From Heptranchias perlo (taxonomy: Eukaryota), in assembly GCF_035084215.1 (NCBI RefSeq), contig NC_090358.1, positions 6,882,001-6,946,000 on the forward strand: a DNA stretch of 64,000 nt. Direction: 5' to 3'. Positions 50,671 through 64,000 of the stretch are shown piece after piece. A model generated the notes under the pieces. That model saw only the letters and a program-made list of their open reading frames with translations, was not told the DNA's origin and searched no databases. Position numbers and translations under genes: made by a program. The stretch's first letter is position 1; each line of letters begins with the position of its first letter.

Positions 50671-52949
50671 GACAAAACAAGGGACTGGGCAGAGCTCCAT
50701 AATACTTTAGGGTAGAGCTGACAGCTTGAGCTAATACACAGGGGGTCAGATATTTGATTTATGAGATAACCTGACGATGAACTATCTTTATCTCTAAATA
50801 AGGAGTCAGGAAAGGGAAACCTTATTGCTCAAATCTGCTCAGGAACATAGCAACAGGAGAAGGCCATTCGGCCCCTCGAACCTCTTCCACCTTTCAATTA
50901 GACCATGGCTGATGTGTGTCATCATCCTAAAACTTGACCAGTTTACGTCGTTTCTGAATCCAGGACGTTTCTGTAAATTATAAACATTTGCAAGAGGCTG
51001 TGGATGCTCAGTCATTGAGTATATTCAAGACTGAGATCGATGGATATTTGAACACTAAAGAAATCGAGGGACATGGGGAAAGGGCGGGAAAGTGAAGTTG
51101 AGATAGAAGATCAGCCATGATCTTTTTGAATGGCGGAGCAGGCTCAAGGGGCTGTATTGCCTACTCCTGCTCCGATTTTTTAATGTTATGTTCTTATTAG
51201 GGGTCATGGCACCAACCCCTGAGAAATTCCACTCCTTACTTGACCACACACTAACACCGAGTCACAATGAGTCTAAAGCACAGAAATAGGCCATTCGGCC
51301 CAACCGGTCCAGGCTGGCGTTTATGCTCCACACAAGCCTGCTCCCTCCCTACTTCATCTAACCCTATCAGCATAGCCTTCTATTCCTTTCTCCCTCATAT
51401 GCTTATCTAGCTTCCCCTTAAATGCATCTATGTTATTTGCCTCAACAACTCCTTGTGGTAAGGAGTTCCATATTCTTACTACTCTTTGGGTAAAGAAGTT
51501 TCTCCTGAATTCCCTATTGGACTAACATTTCACTTTTAATAACCACCCCTTGCTTCCTTTCAGCTACTTTCTTATCCATTCCCAAATTTTATTTTGAATT
51601 CCCTGTGCTTCGAGTTTATGAAGCAGCCTTTGTCAAAGAATTTCTAGAAGTCCAAATACATCATGTGATAAGGTTTACCACAGGCCATTTGATGTTTCAC
51701 CTCCTCAAAAAAGGAGGTGAAGTTGAAACAGGAATACCAGCGAATATATCCCACAGGGAATCCTGCAAATCCGTATTCTTTCTGTCTGGACACCAATCTA
51801 CATGTATCGAAGTGCAAACTTTGAGTGCCACTTGGATACTGCTGTGTAGAATTTTAACATGAACTAAATGAGGGGCAGCGGCATACTTTATCAGACGCAT
51901 GTTAGGAATTGGTGCTCTCAACACAGAATTCCGTGTGATGGAAGTACGTGTCAGGAATTCAGGTGCGGAGGTCAACGAGCCGTGCACAATTCCCCCAACA
52001 TTAATTTTAATGACAGAAAATCATGCAGGGTGCAGACCCCTATGACTGAATTTGTGATTTGCACTCCCGTCGGCATGAAATTCTACACCAGGAAAGAAAA
52101 AAGAAAGACTTGCATTTATATGGGCGACATGGACATGTTGGGCCGAAGGGCCTGTTTCCATGTTGTAACTTCTATGATTCTATGATTCTATATATCGCCT
52201 TTCACGACCTAAGGATGTCCCAAAGCCAATGAAGTACTTTTTGAATTGTAGTCACTATTGTAATGTAGAAAAACCAGGAGGACTAATTGATAACATCTAC
52301 CCCAATATTGAAAGTACACAGGAGTAGGCCATTCAGCCCCTGAAGCAACTCATAGTTGATCTATACCTTAAACCCATTTACCTGGCTTTGACCCATATCC
52401 CTTGATACCCTTACCCAACAAAAATCTCCAAATGTTTTTCATTTCCTTTAAGTAGCATTTACACTCACTGCGATCTTCTCCCAGCCGTATGCGTACACCG
52501 CCCCTTAAAGGGGGCACTGCCTCCATTGGAAAGCATTTGGTGTGACCTTCCAAGGCTGTTCGGCAGCATGAGACTGAACAATGCAAATGTGGGGAAACAC
52601 CATCGGTTCAAGCAAGTATTGTTTGCACGTGATTAAAATGATGCATTGCTATTCTGGACTGTTTGACATCCCTTGTCCCCTCTCAAAACCCACTTGAATC
52701 TTTTTTTTAAACCAGATCTTTCAGGGCAGTAGGACAATACAGTTATTGGACAATAGGTGTCACCATTGTAACTTGGAGATTGTTGCTGTTGTGGATGATC
52801 CAATCTTTTCATGCCCAAGTCTTTCCATTCACACACACACACACAAGTACTCAACATCCCTCATTACCCCATACAGTTCCCACATTACAATTCCTGTCAC
52901 CTGCCTGGCCGCGCTTTGTAAGTGAATTGTTGCTCTGGAACACATTTTT

Positions 52950-53510
52950 TAACAGCAACAACTTACATTTATATTGCTCCTTTAATGAAGTAAAACATCC
53001 CAAGGCATTTCACACGAGCGATTATCAAACAAAATTTTACACCGAGCCACATAAGGAGACATTAGGACAGGTGACTATAAGCTTGGTCATAGAGGTAGGT
53101 TTTAATGAGCATCTTAAAGGAGGAGAGAGAGAGAGGTAGAGAGACGGAGAAGTTTAGGGAGGGAATTCCAGAGCTTAGGGCCTAGGCAGCTGAAGGCACG
53201 GCCGCCAATGATGGAGCGATTAAAATTGGGGATGCGCAAGGGGCCAGAATTAGAGGAACGCAGAGATCTCGGAGGGTTGCAGGGCTGAAGGAGGTTACAG
53301 AGATAGGGAGGGGCGAGGCTTTGGAGGGATTTGAAAATGAGGATGAGATTTTTTTTAAATCGAGGCTTTACCGGACTGGGAGCCAATGTAGGTCAGCGAG
53401 CACAAGGGTGATAGGGTGAACGGGATTTGGTGAGAGTTAGGATACGGGCAGCAGAGTTTTGGATGAGCTCAAGTTTGCAGAGGGTGCAAGATGGGAGGCC
53501 GGCCAGGAGA
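52950..53510 (-). mobile_element. L2-type LINE 3' end
   Basis: ILIFKSLQSLAPPYLCNLLQP...GGRAFSCLGPKLWNSLP; same family as 8727-9180. Confidence 0.85.
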
Positions 53511-55267
53511 GCATAAATGGACAGATTACAACAAGCTGATGTAATAAGTTCTCCAGTCCAAAGGGTCAGTTAAAATTAATTGTTAAAGAGTTTATATTAG
53601 CCATACAGACCACAAAGGTCTCAAGTTTGATATCCAGTCTGCGAAGAGTGAGTTGAACTCATTTGAGACAGCAATAGAGGCATCGTAATTAGTCTCAGCG
53701 TCCATGGGCTAGAGAGCAAAGGAAAAGATCAGCCCGAGTTCCCATCGTCACTGTTTGACTTGACAGAGTTTTATGAGTCACCCCCAATAGTGTCGCCTGT
53801 AAATGCACTGCCCATTGTGTAACTGAGTGATACAGACCAGATACTAGTGACGATCCTTGGTTTATACCGTTAGCTGAGTTCAGCTGGGGCAGGAGAGGAG
53901 GCAAATCAGAAAAAAAATGGCAGGAAATGCACAGTAGCTGAAGAATTATCTGAGAGATGGAGATAGGTTAATATTTCAGGTGTGAGACGTCACCTTTGCA
54001 TTTTCTGCTCGACTGTTGCCATCAGTTTCTCCCCCGTTCTCTTCCCTGAAGATGCCAACTCTCACTGGGCATGGATTACATGGGCATGGAAACCTTCATA
54101 CAACTCAGCCAAGTGGCCATTCTTCACGGGTGAACCGAGACAGGGATCAGCGGCAGGCTATTCAACCTTGGTTGGCGTCACAGCTGATCCCGATCCTAGG
54201 AACATTAGGAACTGGAGTAGGCCATTCAGCCCCTCGGGCCTGCTCCGCCATTCGATTAGATCATGGCTGATCTGCACCTCAACTCCGTTGTCCGCCTTTG
54301 CTCCGTATCCCTTGATACCCTCACCGAGCAGAAACGAAAACACTGTATTATCCTGTTCTCATTTTGCATCCACACACACGCGCCCATTCCAGAAGTATTG
54401 GGGTCAGGGGCTGGAAAGCCCGGCTGACTTTCCACTCCCTATCCCGAGGGCACTGGGGCTGACATGCTGGCCGAGACCAGTTAACTCCGCGCGGATCAGG
54501 GAATGGAACCTGGGACCTTTCTGGCCTGCCCTGCTAGATTACTCGTTGCCTTCATTGACCAAGCGTGTTTATTTTCTCAGACTTCCAGCATAGGAGGTGT
54601 CCCTTTCATCTGTGCAGATAAAAGTATATCCCGGAGCACACCCTACCCTGATTGTGAGACTCACTTATCTCTCTAATCATTGCTGTAATAATTTGCCTGG
54701 ACCTTGACTTTTTAATTTAATGTTTTGTGCTGTGCGATATTCGTGAAAGCACGCAACTCCTTTTAACACCTATAATGGTTTCCCCCACTTTGTGAGTAAT
54801 AGGGTGGGGTGCCCTTTGAGCTGAAATCTCACCATGGGTCTAATTGTAGCCTGCTTTCAACTCTGTTGAAATATCATCCACTTACTGCTGTTTGCTATAC
54901 AAAATAAATATAAATTAAATTGCAGTGACTCACAAATATTTAAAAGTACAGTTCTGTGCAGTAGGAGCTGGCACCCTGGGGTTCAGTGGGTTAATATACA
55001 CCCTGTGTAGCACTGACTGACATACACTAGGAAAGCGAAGGAACTTGCACAGTCTTCCATCTTTTATGTATGAAAATTAAAAGATTGAAGTCATCCATCC
55101 ATCCTTTATGCACATTAGACGCAGCATGTTTAAAAAGATGCTAGCCTGGAAGCTTTTTAATTTTTAATATAACTCATTCTGACGTTGTAAAAATGCATTC
55201 AAAGATCCATAAAATTCAGAGAGGAAAAACTAAAAAATATTGCTTAAAAAGCAAGATATAAAACATA

Positions 55268-55440
55268 CCGGCTGTCTGCCTCTCTTCTGTGTCATTCTCC
55301 GCACCCGGGTGGCCCTGGAGAAAGAGCACGCCGCGGTATCTGCTGGCACGCTTGAGGCTTTCTGCGACCGGTGGGCACCGTAGGGACTGGTGAGCATAAT
55401 AGGCACGGACAATAAAATTATTATTTAATTGATTTTTTTT
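55268..55440 (+). mobile_element. L1/Tx1-clade LINE 3' end fragment
   Basis: Reads RTRVALEKEHAAVSAGTLEAFCDRWAP then AATAAA, typical of Tx1-like ORF2 termini. Confidence 0.55.
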
Positions 55441-57299
55441 AATTGATCTGTCAAGGTGACATGGGTGGCCCCAGAGTCATCAAAGAAAAGGGGTACATGT
55501 ATATCTAACTGCCCCCCACCCCACCTTTTTAAGGGGTTTAAGCTAAAAAAAAACCCCACCAGAAATACGACTTTGGGCCCTGCCGCCCTTAAAATTCAGG
55601 CATAAATTTACGCGTGTACAGAACGGGCATAAATGCAGGAAACTCGCGTTCTCTGGTCTTTTGTATGGGGGCGGGGCTATGTTAATGAGCGGTGGGGGGG
55701 GTTTCGGCGGAGGGTTCACTGAATCGGCGCAAAAGATTGTGGAAATTTGGACATAGCGCACGTCACTAACGCCCGAATTTCCTCGATCAATTTGAACCGA
55801 AAATCAGCTTTGCAGCATAGTTACACCGTTGTTTCGGCACAAGTGTCCGGGACATTCCGGACACAAGAGCTCAAATTCTGGGGCGGGGCTTGAACGCTGC
55901 ACCCTCTGACCCAGAGGCAGGAACACAAGCACAGGACGGATTACTCACATGCTTGTCTCCACTTTTGTTTCTGAAGCCTTTAATTCCCATTAGGGCCCTG
56001 CTGTTTTAATTACTCTATTTTAGTTCTGAAGTAAAATCACCACCATTCAGTTTTGAGCAGGTTATCCAGACATTTCTAAAACATGAAAGCAGGAATGGAT
56101 GGGGTTTAATTTCCTTTTGTAGTTAAGTTGTTCACATAAAATTCTTTTGTGCTTTATTTAACACAGCCGTTAAAATCTTAGTGGATTATTGACTAAGTTA
56201 AAATAACACACAAAGGAATGTTATTCAAATATATTAACTAGTGCACCACCAGCTAGAGTAAACGGCACAAAAGTATCGTTTTTAATGGACGTCTTGTATC
56301 TAAACTTCTGTGCCTCATGATTTGTAACCATTAATTATTCTTCCCCAATTAGTTGGTTGATAAATGCACTGACCCACACAGCCGGGATTGGCCCAGATTT
56401 GATTTTTTAAATTATTTTTCTTGGGATGTGGGCGTCGCTGGCGAGGCTGGCATTTATTGCCCATCCCTAATTGCCCTTGAGAGGGTGGTGGCGAGCCGCC
56501 TTCTTGAACCACTGCAGTCCGTGTGGTGAAGGTTCTCCCACAAAATGCTGTTAGGTGGGGAGTCCCAGGATTTTGAGCGAATCTGTGATGAGCTAGCTGA
56601 TCTCAACTGAGACAACAACCATGGCTCAAGTTGGCCTCAGCACCCCTAGGCTAGGGAGAAAGGATTAGAAAGTTGGTCAAAGTTCCTGCTCCTGATCCTT
56701 GCTGGAATTTGCACGTGTGTAGACAGTGAGCAAGGACATGATCGGACGCAAGGGCATGGAAGGCTGTCACTACCCACGGAATCGTAACCCCAGAATGTCA
56801 ACATCTTTAGGAGGGGAGATGAGAAAATGGGAGAAGGGAAAAATAGTAACTGGAAAAGGATTGCAACTAACTTTCAGCAGCAGCAAAGCAAACATCAGAA
56901 TTCAAGCCATGATCCTGCTCTCCTGTGTTTAAAATAAGAAAAGGATTTGGTGGGGTAGATACAGAGAAGCTATGCTCTCTGAAGGGGGAATCCAGGGAAT
57001 AAGGCAGCACAATCTTAAAATCAGAGCTAGGTCATTCAGGAGAAAAATCAGAAGGCACTTTTTCACACAAAGGGTAGTGGAAATCTGGAACACCCTTTCC
57101 CCCAAAAGGCCGTGGACGCTGGGTCAATTGGAGCTTTCAAGACTGAGATGAACCGATTGCTTTTATTAGGGAAGGGTAGCAAGGGATATGGATGACCGGC
57201 CAGTAAATGGAGGCGAGGCACACGGTCTCATTGAATGGTGAAGCAGGCTGGAGGGGCCGAACGACCTCCTTCTGTTCCCAACCCAAACCAACCCAACCC

Positions 57300-57640
57300 A
57301 ACCCAATGAGCCTTCGACTTGGCAATTGAGTGTGATTTCTCAATGCCGCCAAACGCCCCGCCCTCCCCAGCCCTCATTGGACGATGCACCAAACAGTCAA
57401 TCATTTCCCCAGCTGCGGAGATTGGCCAGCCTTGCAATTAATCAGCATAATCGGCCCCTCCCCTGCTCGCTCCCTTTGTTGACAGGTGAGACCCCGCCCT
57501 CATGGCAGTTTCTGGGCCCCCCCCCTCCCTCCCTCCCAACTGTATCCAGTGTGAGTTACAAAGATACATTCGATGGGAATCCTGCACTAATTCTCGATAC
57601 CTGGGGACATGACCGTCCTACCCAGCCGTGAGTAGCCGCT
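57300..57640. promoter_or_regulatory. Promoter-like CpG/GC-box/CCAAT patch of an unidentified transcript
   Basis: CCCCGCCC x2, ATTGG x2, donor-like ACAG|GTGAGA at ~57485; no coding exon recognised. Confidence 0.3.
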
Positions 57641-60600
57641 TAGAAACAAAAAAACAAAAGAACATTTAAAACTTATTATTTCCAACAAACAAAAAATCAA
57701 GTTGATCCCAAAAAGGGATTTTTCGGGGCTCGTTGGGATGGATCCAACCCCTTGCTGAAACATAACATCGCTGGGCTCTCTGCAGAGCGACCGGGGGCTT
57801 CAGCAAAGTTCCTAATGCAATGATTTCAAAGGCTTTTTAGTTAAATCTGTCGACTCGATCGCGGACGGAGAGAGGCATGTTGTCCGAATCCATCTATGGG
57901 TTGAATTCGGTGTGGGTTCTTTTTTTTTTGTTTGTTTATTTATGAATGATTCGACGATTGACGCCTTAGGTTTTGCTGCCCTTGCGATCCCCTGTTTGAT
58001 AATGCACCTTATCTCTGTGTTTGTGTTTAAATTCAATTTATTTATCTGTTCACTGGGGAAAAGTATTCTCACTGCAGTTTAAGAACTAGGCCTGTGGTGA
58101 CCAAAGAGACAGATACGGTTTATTTTTTGCAATGAAAAGGGTCGTACTTCTGTAAAGCTCTCTCGTACAATTCACGTTTTCGGTATGCTTTACCTCTCAA
58201 AATGCTGATTGAGCGTGATTTTTAACCGTTTATTTTTGTCTGGGTCAGTATGAACGAGGGGGGGAGAGCGGCATTCTGTAGCGGGATCGAAGCAATATTG
58301 TTCCCCACACGATTTGCATCCCTCCTCGTGCAGCAACTGGCCTCAGTGTCCCTGAGGTGGAAAGGGGCTGGGGGTACGGAAAATCACCCTGCTCCTGATC
58401 GCTGTCCAGTGAACCTTGCTGGAACGTAATTGTGTGGGATTGTCAGATGAGAACCGGGTTGATCTCGGCTGTGGCTTCATTAAAAATATTAACAAAGCAT
58501 TTCTGGAACTCTTGAAAATGGTTTCATCTCAGACGCCCTATCCCCTGAAAATTCTACAAATGTGCCTTGTGTCGAAAATTGACTTTCTGTAAGTTAATTT
58601 ATTCATTATCTTTCAATAAAGATCAGTGAGCTACAGGGGACAAGTTAATTTTCTGTATTTTTTTTTAAAAAAGCATCCTAATACTGGCCAGCTTGGGTCT
58701 GAATGTAGTGGGTTCAGACTTCAGGACTCGAGCACATAATCTAGCCTGGCACTCCAGTGAATTATTGAGGGTGTGCTGCACTGTTGGGAGGTGATTGTTA
58801 AAATGATAGATGCCTATTCAGGTGGCTATTGAAGATTCCACACCACTGTTTGAAGAATGATGGTCTTTCCTGGTGTCCTGGCTAACATTTCTCCCTCAAA
58901 CAAACCACTAGAAACCGATTAACCAGTCATTCATTTATTGCCATTGGTGGGATCTTGCTGTGTGCAAAATAGTTGCTGCCTTTGTCTATATGAAGCCCTT
59001 TTGAGATGTTTCTAAGAGACATGATAAGATGCTGTAGGAATGCAAGGATATCTTGCAATCTCGCTACCTTTTTATTCTTATCAGGAACTATAATTCTCAG
59101 CTGTGGTGCTGATATCTGAAAAATGAAATGTTCTTGCTGTCTGCCGATGATATTGGTGGGTAGGGGAAGATGCCTAAGCTGGTCTGACTGGGATATGCTG
59201 CATTTCTAGATTGCAGTTGGATTGTGAACCATTGCTGGTCAGAGTTCAGAGTCATGACTGAGATCACATCTAGAAGACACATGTGTTGTTTTTTCCTCTT
59301 TTACAATTCTTTGTGTGTGCGCGTGTGTGTGTCGGGGCGGAGGGGGGGGGGGAGTTTCTGCCCTCCTCTCATAGCTGCAATCTTGTTGGGGCACAGCTCC
59401 ACAGGCACTGACTGCCCTCTGGTACCTCACCCAAGTCGCCATTCTTCATGTGTGATCCAGGACAGTGAATGTGGGCAGGCTATCTGACCACGTAGGCATC
59501 ATAGCCAAGTCCAATCCTGGCATCACCCAACGTCTGCACACACGCAATTTCCAGCAGAGTCCCTGCATAGGGATTGGGAGTGGGAATCCTGGCTGACTTT
59601 TTTTTCTCTTTCTCTAACCGAGGGTCACCAAAGCTAATTGTAGCATCTTTATTGTTAGTGAGATAGGTTGACTTGGCACAGCCCAGGATTATACGTGGAA
59701 CCTCCTGATTGTATGGCTCAGCATTGTGCCAGATGGTGCATTTAGACACAAAACCAATCGGGAGTGTTTAGTTTATACTTCCAGTTACATCTTGTAAACC
59801 AAGGGATTCAGTCTAAGACACATTTCAAGTACAAAGCATTCCACTGACTAGGTTCAAAGCTGCACTTTGTTCTTGAAGGTAATCATGGACAAGAAGCTAA
59901 GCTTGTTACAGTCAAATTGTGTTGTGTTTGAAATGCAGCAAAGGGACCTCATCACCATATTATGCTATTGATTGGATTCAAATGAAGTTTGCAAATTCAA
60001 CCTAATCTTACTGTAGATACTGTTTTCACTCTAGAAGGATGACCCTGGTTAACAAAAGATGTTCCCAACTTCACCCTTCGACCACTGGAAAGTCCAGGGA
60101 CATTTTGATCTCCCTGAGCTGGCTGGTTTTGTTAGTTTTCAGCTCATTCACTGCTACACTGAAATAAATACTAACCTAAGTGGAAGAGATGGGTGTTGAG
60201 AACATTTTGAGGGAGTGCAGAGGCAAATGCTCTTTGGATCAGGGTAATGCTTAACAACACCACCACCAATAAGTAACAAGCAACCAATTCCAACCTTTAA
60301 TATGGCAAAAAGTCCCCAGTAGGGAGGATTTGGAAACTGACCAGGAGTTGAGGGGAAGTGACCAATGGTGAAATCGAAGAGGTAGGGTGAGAGGCGAGAA
60401 GGAGAAGGAGTTTGAGTGCAGGGACATGATGGCTGAAAGCTGTATCACCAGTGGTGGAGCTTAGGAACATGAGTCGGCCATTCAGCCCCTCGAGCCTGTT
60501 CTGCCATTCAATTAGATCATGGTTGATCTCTATCTGTCATGGTTCCATAACCCTTACCTAACAAAAATCTATTAATCTCAGTTTTGAAATTTTTAATTGA

Positions 60601-61573
60601 ACCCTAGCCTCAACAAATGCTTATTTTGGGGGGGGAGGGGAGAAGAGGAGCAGGGTTCTAGAATTCCACTACCCTTTGTGTGAAGAAGTGCTTCCTGGCA
60701 TTACCTGAATGGCCTAGCTCTAATTGTAAGGTTGTGCTTATGTTTGGACTTACCCACCAGAGGATAGTTTCTCTCTATCTATCCTATCAACACGTTTTTA
60801 GTTATCTTAAACACCTCAATTAGCAGACCCACAGTTGGACAGAAGTTGCAGAGAGGAGGAACAAAGTTTGTTTAGGTTACAAATGCTACCCATCTCTTGG
60901 GTGTGTTGGTCTCTGAGTGCACTTCCATTTATATTGGAGGGGGTAGTAAGGACAGCCTGTATACAAATGTGAGACTGATCATCCACCAACCTCTCTGCAT
61001 TCATGGTCCTCTCACCGTATGGAGGGACAGAAGGTGACACCTTGTGTTCTTATGGAGTTGGGGCCCCCCGGGAAATTTTCCACAGTAGCGAGGGTGACTG
61101 CAGATGTTGTTGATAGCTCAGGAGTGCTACAGTTTCAAACCAGCCTGTTTGCTTCGGCTCAGCAGGAAAACCCCTGCCACAGACATCTGCTTAATGTGGG
61201 CACTTTATATTAAAAAAAGAGAGCTCTGTGACTGAAATCAAAGACAAGCCACCTGCTGCAAATTGGTAAAACTATCCTGGGAGATAGGAGAAGCAGAGTG
61301 TATCATTACCTGTCCGTTGGCCAAGTCCATTGGACCTATGTTACTCAACTTAACCATTAAAGTGCGGGTCACAGTATAACAATCACGCACAGCTCCTGTT
61401 TTCATTCAGTTTTCTCTCCTCCTCCTGAAGTATTGACTTTTAATGAGGGGGTGGTGGGTGGGCTGCATAGTTGAAGACTCCTGACAGGCGGAGGTTGCCA
61501 GCGGAGAAAGTTCGAGCAGGTTACAAATGCCACCCATCCCTCAGAGTGTTGGTGCCTGAAACAAGCTGTTAAT

Positions 61574-61988
61574 CCAGTGGAATCAGCTGCACTAACAGAA
61601 TCAACCTCCCGATGATGGGTAAACCATAGCTCTCTCCAGTCAATCAGGACCATTAATATCTTATGTCAAAATTAACTCTTAACCCACCTGAATAAATGGG
61701 AACTCTGATCCCCAGTCAGTGTGGAGTTAGTTGCCAGAAGCTGTGTTGCAGAGATTAGAGATAAGTATATATGAAGGACGCTAATCAGCACATCTTGTTC
61801 ATCCTTCCATGGTATGATTCCACCAATACAGCTTGAGAACTAACTCAACACTGACTGGGGATCAGAGCCCCTATTTGTTCAGCAAGGTGAGAGTTAATAT
61901 TGAAGTATGATACATTGATTTGACTTGTAAAAGCTACGGTTTTTCTGTTATGGGGAGGTTAATTCTGTCAGTGCTGTTGATTTACTGA
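61574..61988. repeat. Old imperfect palindrome (MITE/foldback-like)
   Basis: CTCTGATCCCCAGTCAGTGT pairs with ACACTGACTGGGGATCAGAG; ACAGAATCAACCTCCC pairs with GGGAGGTTAATTCTGT. Confidence 0.8.
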
Positions 61989-63569
61989 AGTCAGATTTGG
62001 AACAAATGCTGACGTACTCACTGAATAGAGTGTAAGTGGTGATCGCATGGTTAACCTGTACTTGTGTGCGCCCTTATATAGAACAAACCATCGGTGTGTT
62101 TTGAGCTGAATAAAATTAACAGTAAAATCACAACTTGCAGTTATATGGGAGTCTTTAGGGGCAAAACATCTCAAGGATGTCAAGCCGTGGTGGGAGATTT
62201 AGGAGGTGACCAAAAGCTTAGCCAAAAAGATGGGTTTTAAAACTTTTAAAAGCAGGGAGTGAAGGAGAGGCAGAGGGGTTTAGAGAGAGTTAGTGTGGCT
62301 GTAGCTGCTGAAGGCTCTATCACCAGTGGTGAGGTGAAGGGAGAGGATGTACAGAAAACCAGGGCCGGAGATGCAAAGAGTGCAGGGAAGAGATGTAAGG
62401 CTCCAGAAATAGCGGAGCATGGCCAGGCAAAGATTTGAAGTTGAGAACTAGGTGTTTTATTTCAATGCCTTGTGGGATAAGGAGCAAGATAGGAGTGGTG
62501 GGTGAGCAGGACTTTATGCAGGATATTCCACTCTTAATTTCTGTTTTGTGAATTTTCACCTTTTTCTGAAGACTATGCTGGGATATGACTTGGACACTCT
62601 CTGGTTCCAGGCCTAAAGGGCCATTCTTCATCTGCAAGCCTTGAAAGTAAGTGTCGGCCGGCTGTTCGTCCATGGGGAGCACATTACGGTTGAGCTTGAT
62701 GCAGTCCTTGGCCGAAACCTATTTCAGGAAATGGTCACTAGATACCAATCAGGAGTGGGAATCCTGGATGATTCACTCCACCCCACCCACCCTCCTTAAT
62801 ACGGACTCAATTGTCCCATCTGAAGAACTGTCCCGGCTGAGATCAGTTAATCCAGCATAGACCAGGGATTCAACGTGGCATCTTCTGCTCTGTTTGTTTG
62901 GTTCTGGTTTAAGGCAGCAAGTAGCTGAGCCACTGGTGGGGGGGGGGGGGGGGGGCGGGGAGTTTGGAGTACATTATGGGACATTCCCCTGCAGCATGCA
63001 TCTCGCATTACTTGGCTATCAAGGCCACGTTGGAATGGGTACAGAAGGTGCATTTACTCTGCAGTACCTTGGTAATGTTGCCGAGACAAGAGCTTGCAAA
63101 CACAAAGAAGCTTTGTCCCAGTTCTTGATAAAGTAGGTTATTTCCAATGAGAGCTGGAGCAGGCCAGGATATTCCACTAATGCTAAGTGCAGCTATAGCC
63201 CCAGGCCAGCTCTTTCACTGGCTGACATCCAGGGCTGGTGCAGTGCTTTGGGACCCTGACCTTGAATGTGTTTACTGCTAGATCAATTTTTTCAAAAAAA
63301 AAGTACCTTCCTACTCGCGGGCCCATCAGTGAATAATGTCGGAATCGATGTGTAATGAACTGAAACAAGCTGGAGATGATCTTTCAGCGGCCTGTGTGTC
63401 CAGTGCTTATTTACCAAATAGGAGAGTTGACAAAACAGACATTCAATTATCGTTGTAATATTTTGGAGTGGCTGATTCCAAGGACCTCTGTTTTTTGAGT
63501 TGAGTTCTTGTTTCTGATTTGAAGAAAGTCTTAACAAAAAATTGGGGCATTTTTTTGCTAGAACAATGC

Positions 63570-63945
63570 AGATTACGGGGCGATATGCTAGAAGTGTTTA
63601 AAATTATAGAAGGATGGGACATGGTACTGATGAGGCAGACTTTCTAGTTGTTGAGGGGTCTAGAATGAGGAGCCGTAGATACAAGATTAAATGTAAAGAG
63701 ATTTAAAACAAAGAGCATGCAAAACCTCTTTACACAAGAGTTCTGATGTTGTGGAATCCACATTCAGGGTTAGTGATTGAAGCAGAAATGATGTCAACAT
63801 TCAAGATTAGATTGGATAGGTGGATGAAGGATAGGGGATAAAGGGATTAGGAACAGGGTGGATAAATATGATTAGGACTATTTGCTCAGGTGGAGGCTAA
63901 ATGCTGACATGGACTGGTTGGGCCGAATGGCCTGTTTCCATGTAT
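63570..63945 (+). mobile_element. CR1 LINE 3' fragment
   Basis: LRGDMLEVFKII-like remnant and GGGCCGAATGGCCTGTTTCC tail. Confidence 0.75.
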
Positions 63946-64000
63946 TTCATTAAACCTTCTGGCAAAACTGAAAGCCTTCATGTGATAGAAAGTTAGGATT

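Noticed and set aside
50700-64000. miR-7 hairpin expected from human synteny
   Set aside because: Mature TGGAAGACTAGTGATTTTGTTGTT not found on either strand by eye

Overview
Repeat-rich vertebrate genomic DNA. The CR1/L2 LINEs, Deu-domain SINEs and Penelope remnants suggest a cartilaginous fish (inference). Three spliced protein-coding genes can be built with canonical GT-AG junctions: a divergent p24-gamma gene (TMED3/TMED7-like, + strand, 13232-17486, 209 aa), ISG20 (- strand, 28800-23722, 192 aa) and AEN (- strand, 47652-42917, 390 aa). AEN and ISG20 are tandem DEDDh exonuclease paralogs. Most notable: (1) a ~4.4 kb decayed R2 retrotransposon with both ends, lying outside rDNA. It carries a 28S-rRNA-derived leader and an HDV-like ribozyme remnant, and it is inserted in a CR1 LINE at a motif resembling the 28S target site. 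(2) A minisatellite of ~23 tandem splice donors directly after the putative AEN first exon, followed by an inverted array of ~22 complementary units that could pair with it in the pre-mRNA. (3) A 181-bp near-perfect inverted repeat in intron 2 of the TMED gene. (4) ISRE clusters at ISG20. (5) A minimal Penelope hammerhead ribozyme. All alignments and counts were made by eye, and repeat boundaries are approximate.
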